A DNA stretch of 64,000 bases from Eledone cirrhosa (lineage: Eukaryota). The notes under the pieces are model-generated. The model saw nothing but the letters and a program-made list of their open reading frames with translations, was not told the origin of the DNA and made no database searches. Shown piece after piece: positions 56,069 to 64,000 of the stretch (position 1 is the stretch's first letter; every line of letters starts with the position of its first letter). The stretch is taken from assembly GCA_964016885.1 (NCBI GenBank), contig OZ024757.1, positions 31,806,001-31,870,000 of the forward strand, given 5' to 3'. The translations under genes and the position numbers were made by a program.

Positions 56069-56150
56069 CCATGGATACAGTATGATATTGGTGTAATGCA
56101 TATATACATATCTATATATGCATTACACCAATATCATACAGTATCCATGG
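56069..56150. repeat. Near-perfect 82-bp palindrome
   Basis: ccatggatacagtatgatattggtgtaatgcatatata / tatatatgcattacaccaatatcatacagtatccatgg. Confidence 0.85.
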
Positions 56151-56291
56151 TGATAAGCTGGAGACTGTGATGGGAAAACTTCAGGATAAGAAAGCACCAG
56201 GAGGAGACTTTATTGTCGGTTACTCTGCTGCTACAAGAAATTGACGTTTTGTCTGCGGTATCTTCTCAACCTCTTCTAGTAAGCTCTCAGC

Positions 56292-56350
<59 letters not shown>

Positions 56351-56354
<4 letters not shown>

Positions 56355-56558
56355 AGTAAGTAAGACCCCGACGGCTGAGCTCAAGCCGTTTCGACGGCTA
56401 ATTCTGTACTCAATTCTAGTACAGAATTAGCCGTCGAAACGGCTTGAGCTCAGCCGTCGGGGTCTTACTTACTCCTATTACCCACTCTACTACCCTAAGT
56501 ATTGAGTACTTTGGTGCGTTATGGTCCACCTGGTTCCTTACCACTTTTCCTTCGCTAT
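56351..56558 (+). mobile_element. Family D fold-back element with a hammerhead 3' half in each arm
   Basis: ~60-bp perfect arms; GAAA-CGGC TTGAGCTCA GCCG-TC-GGGG at 56436-56462. Confidence 0.85.
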
Positions 56559-56584
56559 ATATATATATGTGTGTGTGTGTGTGT

Positions 56585-56925
56585 CTGTAGAAGTTGTATT
56601 TAATTTGTTGGAATTCCGACAAACATAAATGTTTATAACTGATATAGAGCACTCAACAAGTTACTGGAGTAAATATTCCAAGATATTAATAAATGGAAAC
56701 TATATTTATAAAACCATATTTATTTTATTTTATTATATATATTTCAAGGGCGACCAAGCCAGAGAATTTCCGACCGTTAAGGTTGATTTCCATGTGTATG
56801 TCGTTATTTATAAAACAAATTTTGTATTTTATCTGATGAAAGCGCACCAAGATTGGCTTAGTCGCCCTTGAAATATATATAATAAAAATATGGTTTTATA
56901 AATATAGTTACCATTTATTAATATC
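56585..56925. mobile_element. Family A element with a hammerhead at 56825-56890 (+)
   Basis: TTTTAT-CTGATGA-AAGCGCAC..GTCGCCCTT-GAAA-TATATAT-A-ATAAAA; inverted arms. Confidence 0.8.
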
Positions 56926-56946
56926 TTGGTGTATATATATATATGG

Positions 56947-57009
<63 letters not shown>

Positions 57010-57357
57010 CCGTATTTCGCGGCGTCGAGGACGCACCCTAACTTTGACAAGCAAAAATTAAAAAAAAATATTATGGTTTCTATATATAGGCACAAGGCCA
57101 ACAATTTTTGGGGGAGGGGAAAGTTGATTAAATCAACTCCAGTGCGTGACTGGTACTTTATTTTATCGACCCCGTAAGTATGAAAGGCAAAGTTAACCTC
57201 GCCGGGATTTGAACTCAGATCATAAAGGGCCGTAACTCTATGCTGCAAAGCATGGCGTCCGACCCTCTACCGCCCTGGAAAAAAAATAAAATAAACAACC
57301 TTCGGCCTCCAGGACTTATTTTAGGAAAAAAGTACCGTCTTCGACGACGAGATATAC

Positions 57358-57359
<2 letters not shown>
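57010..57359. mobile_element. Tc1/mariner-pogo-type MITE (TA-flanked) containing a SINE-1 (57072-57275, -)
   Basis: ta-ccgtatttcgcggcgtcgaggacg / cgtcttcgacgacgagatatacgg-ta. Confidence 0.7.
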
Positions 57360-57396
<37 letters not shown>

Positions 57397-57540
57397 CCAA
57401 AGATTAATATGGTTCGTTGATTACTCAATGAATACAATTTTACAATAGATTAAAAGCACTCAACAGTAGAGTTTTCCTGGAGTTTTTAATATTATTCAAA
57501 ATATTAACAAATGAAAGATATTCACGTAATCAAAATATAT

Positions 57541-57610
57541 GCTTTATTATATATATTTCAAAGGTACTGTGTTGTTTTTTTTCTTCAGTACGTCTTCATC
57601 AGATAAAATA
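57541..57610 (-). ncRNA. Type I hammerhead in a highly diverged family A copy
   Basis: Minus strand: TTTAT-CTGATGA-AGACGTACTG..CAGTACCTTT-GAAA-TATATAT-A-ATAAA. Confidence 0.72.
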
Positions 57611-58069
57611 TATGATTTGATATATGACATACCGATACGGTCTTGATTATACAATTCCAGTATTGGCAGTGATTTATTTCAACAAATCTCAATGTTTATA
57701 CACCACAAATAATATGATAAACTTAAAGAAAAAAAGGACGTAGAGCAAATTAGAGATATGAGAGAGGGTGTAAATAGGAGGAAAGGCAAGAAAAAAAAAA
57801 TAAATACATATATGCATACATACATAAATAGATAAAAGAATGAATGAGTAAAAGAAATATATAAAAAAGAAAAGAGGATTAACGACAAAAGATGGAAAGT
57901 GTAAGGAAGCTAAAAGGAACATATTGATACAGCAGCTGGAGAATCTAATAATTATTTTATTTTGCATAAAAAACATTATATATGACAATAAAAAAAAACA
58001 CATTACAAGAAATCCCATATTTACGAACGTACACTAAACAATTTGCGATTTTCCTTTGTCACTGATTAA

Positions 58070-58290
58070 CCCTTTAGTATTTACATTACTCTATATATAC
58101 TATTATATTTTTGCAGTAAAGGCTTTAACTTACACAATTGTCCCACATAATATTGAATCTATGAAATTTTAATTTTATTTATTTTGAAAACAATACCTTA
58201 ACATCAGTATGAGTGGCCAGTTTCAGCCGTTTTGAACAGAAAGAGGTGAGAAAATTCTGGTCGGATATGGCCGGTTTAAATGCTAAAGGT
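58070..58290. mobile_element. piggyBac-type MITE
   Basis: TTAA-ccctttagtattta..taaatgctaaaggt-TTAA. Confidence 0.65.
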
Positions 58291-58749
58291 TTAAATACAA
58301 TATCGCAGGGGTATATTACAAGCAGACAGTCTCTCTGTGATGCTATTTATACTGTCAGTAAACCTCTTTTCTTTTATGCTAAGGAAATATTAAGGGTTCG
58401 TAGTTGTATCACATGAGGCCAGAAACCCTAACCTAAGACATAGCTTCTTTGTGGGCGACCTGAAAGCCTGAAAGTTTATGCGAAGAATATAAAGGGTCTG
58501 AAGAAAAACCTTGGTCTGGTTACGACATTCTAAAAAAATATCGATATTGAGTTTGTGCAGGATAAATATTTGTATATGATTGTAAAGCTAGGAAAAAAAC
58601 TACAAACTGCTCTAGCAAGATCTCTCTCAATAGCCTAACTATTTCACTGGTATTTGACGAGGGTTAATACGGATATATAAAGATTAATGAAAATATATCC
58701 TATTATGAAATTTGTAGCAAGGAACGAGAAACCAGGAAATATAACACTC

Positions 58750-58833
<84 letters not shown>

Positions 58834-58841
58834 ATATATAA

Positions 58842-58879
<38 letters not shown>

Positions 58880-58881
<2 letters not shown>

Positions 58882-59166
58882 TAGTATAAGCACAGCACAC
58901 ACATTGTGGGCCACTTTCTTATTGTATGTAGAGTGTTCCGAAGACTATATATATATATGTATAGGAACGAGTAGGACCCCGACGGCTGATCTCAAGCCGT
59001 TTCGACGGCCAATTGTGGACTAAAAAAAAAAAAAGAATTAGCCTTCGAAACTGCTTGAGCTCAGCCGTCGGGGTCCTACTCGTTCCTATTACCCACTCTA
59101 CCGCCCTAAGTATTGAGTACTTTGGTGCGTTATGGTCCATCTGGTTCCTTACCATATTTCCTTCGT

Positions 59167-59207
<41 letters not shown>

Positions 59208-59275
59208 GGTCTTCGGAGCACTCTACATACAATAAGACAGTGGCCCACAATGGGTGTGCTGTGCCTTTACTAATA
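58880..59275. mobile_element. ~70-bp inverted-repeat element with a family D fold-back (58961-59170) nested in its central (TA)n
   Basis: cattgtgggccactttcttattgtatgtagagtgttccgaagac / gtcttcggagcactctacatacaataagacagtggcccacaatg. Confidence 0.8.
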
Positions 59276-59530
59276 CCAATATTTAAACTACATGGAAGGA
59301 CAGTTGCTGAGACCCGGTCCATTGATATACCGCCTAGACTGGGATGAAAGCCTCCGCTTCCTTCTCCTCATTTTCCTTACGTTCGCTGTTAATTGGCAGT
59401 ATCGGTAGAACGTCGAACATCCTAATGTACGACATATACTTACAGCCCTTTTTCTGTTCTGAGTTAGCTTTGCCTTTCATCCTTATGGAGTTGATAAAAT
59501 AAAGTATACATATACATATACATATACATA

Positions 59531-59569
<39 letters not shown>

Positions 59570-59574
<5 letters not shown>

Positions 59575-59915
59575 ATAGAAGGAGCTTCTACAGGACTAGT
59601 ACTGTTTCATTCAGATGAAATCTTCAGGAAGCTGGGTGTCATATTAAGTTCTGGTATTTATACATTTAGGTAGTGGTAAGGGAGGGGTGGTGGAAAAAAT
59701 CCCCCCGCCCCCCACCATCCACCACCCCTCCCTTACCACTACCTAAATGTATAAATACCAGAACTTAATATGACACCCAGCTTCCTGAAGATTTCATCTG
59801 AATGAAACAGTACTAGTCCTGTAGAAGCTCCTTCTATAAAATAAAAAAAAATGTTACTCTGCCATGTATTTAGTACCTTACTTACTGTGGTTATCCCCGA
59901 CTCAACCCGGGACCT
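59570..59915. mobile_element. Family C fold-back with ~125-bp arms and intact hammerheads at 59583-59633 (-) and 59779-59829 (+)
   Basis: AGCTTC-CTGAAGA-TTTC ATCT GAAT-GAA-ACAG TACTAGTC CTGT-A-GAAGCT. Confidence 0.85.
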
Positions 59916-59917
59916 AC

Positions 59918-59953
<36 letters not shown>

Positions 59954-60367
59954 AAGTACCAGAAACACATTAGATTCGATATAATCCACTTTCCCCTCTC
60001 GCTCAAAATTGCTGGCCTTGTGCCTAAATCAAACCAATTATTTTTTCTATGTTTTGTTAAATTACCAACACTATATACTGCAATTAAATAAAGTACCAGT
60101 AATACACTGGCATCATTTCTGGCCTTGTGCCAAAAGTAGCAACTATTATACACTACAATTATTTACTGTCGATATGTTTACCTATTTGTCCCCTTCAATA
60201 ACAAACGATGTTGTCCCCCCTTCCTTTCTTGTTTCAGATAGAAATTACTAGAAAACGTGTTTGGTTCTTTTTTTTTAAACAGTTTTTGTGTTTTGTTTTG
60301 TTTATATAGACAGGATATATATATATATATATGTATATGTGTGTATATATATATATATTATATATAT

Positions 60368-60414
<47 letters not shown>

Positions 60415-60416
60415 AC

Positions 60417-60481
<65 letters not shown>

Positions 60482-60600
60482 TATTTGTTTATATATATAT
60501 ACATATATAAATATATATATATATATACATATATACATATACATATATATATACATATACATATATACATATACATATATATATACATATACATATATAT

Positions 60601-60713
<113 letters not shown>

Positions 60714-60810
60714 TAGATAGATATATATATATATATACATATATAGATATATATATATATATATGTACATATATATATACACACACTCACACATATATAT
60801 ATATATACAT

Positions 60811-60842
<32 letters not shown>

Positions 60843-61224
60843 GTATAATTGTTCTATTTATTTCTATATAATGTTTATATGTCTATGTAATACTTATGTC
60901 TATTTATCTAATTATTATATACATAAATACATATACACACACACGCATACACACATATATATATATACACACTGACACATATATACACCCACCACACACA
61001 CACACACACACATATATATGTATAATTGTTCTATTTATTTCTATATAATGTTTATATGTCTATGTAATACTTATGTCTATTTATCTAATTATTTGTTTGT
61101 TTAATTAATTATTTATTCGTTTGAGGGAAAGACGTGATTAATCCCCCCCCCCCAATAATATCGACGTCAACAGTGGAAACATAAACAAGGTAGTCGAGTT
61201 AAAAAGACATGTTTTCTTTTGTTA

Positions 61225-62272
61225 CTGATGATGATGATGTTGATGTTGATGTTGATGATGATGATAGTGTTGCTAGTGTTGTTGTTGTTGTTGTTGCTAG
61301 TGGTGTTGTTGTTGTTGTTGCTAGTGGTGTTGTTGTTGTTGTTGTTGCTAGTGGTGTTGTTGTTGTTGTTGTTGCTAGTGGTGTTGTTGTTGTTGCTGCT
61401 GCTAGTGTTGTTGTTGTTGTTGTTGCTAGTGGTGTTGTTGTTGCTAGTGGTGTTAGTGTTGTTGTTGTTGCTAGTGGTGTTAGTGTTGTTGTTGTTAGTG
61501 GTGTTAGTGTTGTTGTTGCTAGTGGTGTTAGTGTTGTTGCTAGTGTTGTTATTGTTGTTGTTGCTAGTGGTGTTAGTGTTGTTGCTAGTGGTGTTAGTGT
61601 TGTTGCTAGTGGTGTTAGTGTTGTTGTTAGTGGTGTTATTGTTGTTGTTGTTAGTGGTGTTAGTGTGGTTGTTGTTGCTAGTGGTGTTAGTGTTGTTGTT
61701 GTTAGTGGTGTTAGTGTTGTTGTTGTTAGTGGTGTTAGTGTTGTTGTTGTTGCTAGTGGTGTTAGTGTTGTTGTTGCTAGTGGTGTTAGTGTTGTTGTTG
61801 TTAGTGGTGTTAGTGTTGTTGTTGTTAGTGGTGTTAGTGTTGTTGTTGTTGCTAGTGGTGTTAGTGTTGTTGCTAGTGGTGTTAGTGTTGTTGTTAGTGG
61901 TGTTATTGTTGTTGTTGTTAGTGGTGTTAGTGTGGTTGTTGTTGCTAGTGGTGTTAGTGTTGTTGTTGTTAGTGGTGTTAGTGTTGTTGTTGTTAGTGGT
62001 GTTAGTGTTGTTGTTGTTGCTAGTGGTGTTAGTGTTGTTGTTGCTAGTGGTGTTAGTGTTGTTGTTGTTAGTGGTGTTAGTGTTGTTGTTGTTGCTAGTG
62101 GTGTTAGTGTTGTTGTTGCTAGTGGTGTTAGTGTTGTTGTTAGTGGTGTTATTGTTGTTGTTGTTAGTGGTGTTAGTGTTGATGTTGTTGTTGTTAGTGG
62201 TGTTAGTGTTGTTGTTGTTGTTGTTAGTGGTGTTGTTGTTGTTGTTGTTAGTGATGTTAGTGTTAATGTTGT
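61225..62272. repeat. (GTT)n-derived minisatellite
   Basis: gctagtggtgttagt(gtt)n units. Confidence 0.92.
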
Positions 62273-62472
62273 TTCAGGAGCAACTAACTTCCTTTCAAAA
62301 TATTTCCCCATCATACGCCGTTCTGTCTGTATTACATTACATTACAGACAAGCACACAATCACAGAGGTTTAGTAGTATATAATTATATTATATTACATT
62401 ATATTACTTTTCAAGGGCTGTTCTTCAGCATGGCCTCAGTCAGATGACTGGAACAGGTAAAATAGTAATGTA

Positions 62473-62617
62473 GGCGGCAAATTGGCAGAGTCGTTAGAAC
62501 GTTAGATAGAACACTTTACCGTCTTCGGTTCAGCTCTCTGCTCTCTCAGTTTAAATCACGCTGAGGTCAACTTTGCCTTCCATCCATTTCGAGGTAGATA
62601 AAAAAAAAAGTACCAGT
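62473..62617 (+). mobile_element. Diverged SINE-1-related copy
   Basis: ggcggcaaattggcagagtcgttag..ctttgccttccatcc..aagtaccag. Confidence 0.75.
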
Positions 62618-62619
62618 CT

Positions 62620-63670
62620 AACCGGTCGCTCTCCGACAGGTTCGTGATCGTGCCCTTGGCAGTGGAGATTTCTGGTGTCTTCGGCCCTAGGGCTACCTCC
62701 CTACTCACCTCCATATGCGCTGAACTGGCTAGCCCTTGGCAGTGGAGATTTCTGGTGTCTTCGGCCCTAGGGCTACCTCCCTACTCACCTCCATATGCGC
62801 TGAACTGGCTAGCCCTTGGCAGTGGAGATTTCTGGTGTCCTCGGCCCTAGGGCTACCCCTCTACTCACCTCCATATGCGCTGAACTGGCTAGCCCTTGGC
62901 AGTGGAGATTTCTGGTGTCCTCGGCCCTAGGGCTACCTCCCTACTCACCTCCATATGCGCTGAACTGGCTAGCCCTTGGCAGTGGAGATTTCTGGTGTCC
63001 TCGGCCCTAGGGCTACCTCCCTACTCACCTCCATATGCGCTGAACTGGCTAGCCCTTGGCAGTGGAGATTTCTGGTGTCCTCGGCCCTAGGGCTACCTCC
63101 CTACTCACCTCCATATGCGCTGAACTGGCTAGCCTTTGGCAGTGGAGATTTCTGGTGTTCTCGGCCCTAGGGCTACCTCCCTACTCACCTCCATATGCGC
63201 TGAACTGGCTAGCCCTTGGCAGTGGAGATTTCTGGTGTCCTCGGCCCTAGGGCTACCTCCCTACTCACCTCCATATGCGCTGAACTGGCTAGCCTTTGGC
63301 AGTGGAGATTTCTGGTGTCCTCGGCCCTAGGGCTACCTCCCTACTCACCTCCATATGCGCTGAACTGGCTAGCCCTTGGCAGTGGAGATTTCTGGTGTCC
63401 TCGGCCCTAGGGCTACCTCCCTACTCACCTCCATATGCGCTGAGCTGGCTAGCCCTTGGCAGTGGAGATTTCTGGTGTCCTCGGCCCTAGGGCTACCTCC
63501 CTACTCACCTCCATATGCGCTGAACTGGCTAGCCCTTGGCAGTGGAGATTTCTGGTGTCCTCGGCCCTAGGGCTACCTCCCTACTCACCACCATAGGCGC
63601 TGAGCTGGCCAGCCGCAGGTGTGAGCCTCGCGAGTTGGAATGACTCTTCCAGCGCCTCTCCTTTACCATA
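62620..63670 (+). pseudogene. C-terminal restriction-like endonuclease fragment of a CRE-type non-LTR retrotransposon, with an 80-bp unit amplified ~12 times
   Basis: RSLSDRFVIVPLAVEISGVFGPRATSLLT(T)IGAELASRRCEPRELE*LFQRLS matches the PxAVExxGxxGxxA..LxQRLS pattern; period 80 (ORF starts 62736, 62816, ...). Confidence 0.75.
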
Positions 63671-64000
63671 CCATCCTCCGGGAAAACGCCTTTCCATCCT
63701 GTCTGCCGGGGCTGTGGAGAGACCACCAATATGATTGACTGACTTGTCATTTTATCAGTCAACCCGTTATTTGTGTCAATATATCTATCTGTTTCTAACT
63801 GAGTAAAATAGTCATCCTTATGCCTAAAATTTTTTTTTTTTTTTTTTTTTAAATATAGAAACGGAAAGACAGCGAGATAACACGACATATTCCGAGTGTT
63901 ATCTCACTGTCATGCTGTTTCTAGATATGTTCAAATTTTGAATTTTGACCGCCAAAATCGGGGGTTACCTCCCTTCGGGAAAACCACGTGACTGCCAGCA

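Noticed and set aside
62644-63570. Series of 64-aa ORFs as a tandem gene family
   Set aside because: Artefact of an 80-bp period shifting frame in each unit; starts are TTG/GTG.

Overview
Repeat-saturated, non-coding eukaryotic DNA, most likely intronic or intergenic sequence of an octopod cephalopod. That assignment is an inference from the SINE families and the extreme (TA)n/(CA)n load. I find no intact protein-coding gene; nearly all ORFs in the track are microsatellite artefacts. Real content: about 20 copies of a tRNA-derived SINE, small DNA-transposon/MITE remnants, retrotransposon fragments (Penelope-like RT, RTE 5'UTR and 3' ORF, CRE-type endonuclease tail), and several minisatellites grown out of TE fragments (52 bp x ~79 inside a SINE, 111 bp x ~16 from RTE, 80 bp x ~12 from CRE). 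The main hidden signal is at least six distinct families of short elements, mostly fold-back (inverted-repeat), embedded in (TA)n tracts. They carry type I hammerhead ribozyme motifs (about 20 motifs), often one per strand, with covarying stem II, mostly palindromic stem III and unusual core variants (U3-A8; A at position 4). This is consistent with Penelope-like pseudo-LTR derivatives. All folds and alignments were read by eye, and element boundaries are approximate.
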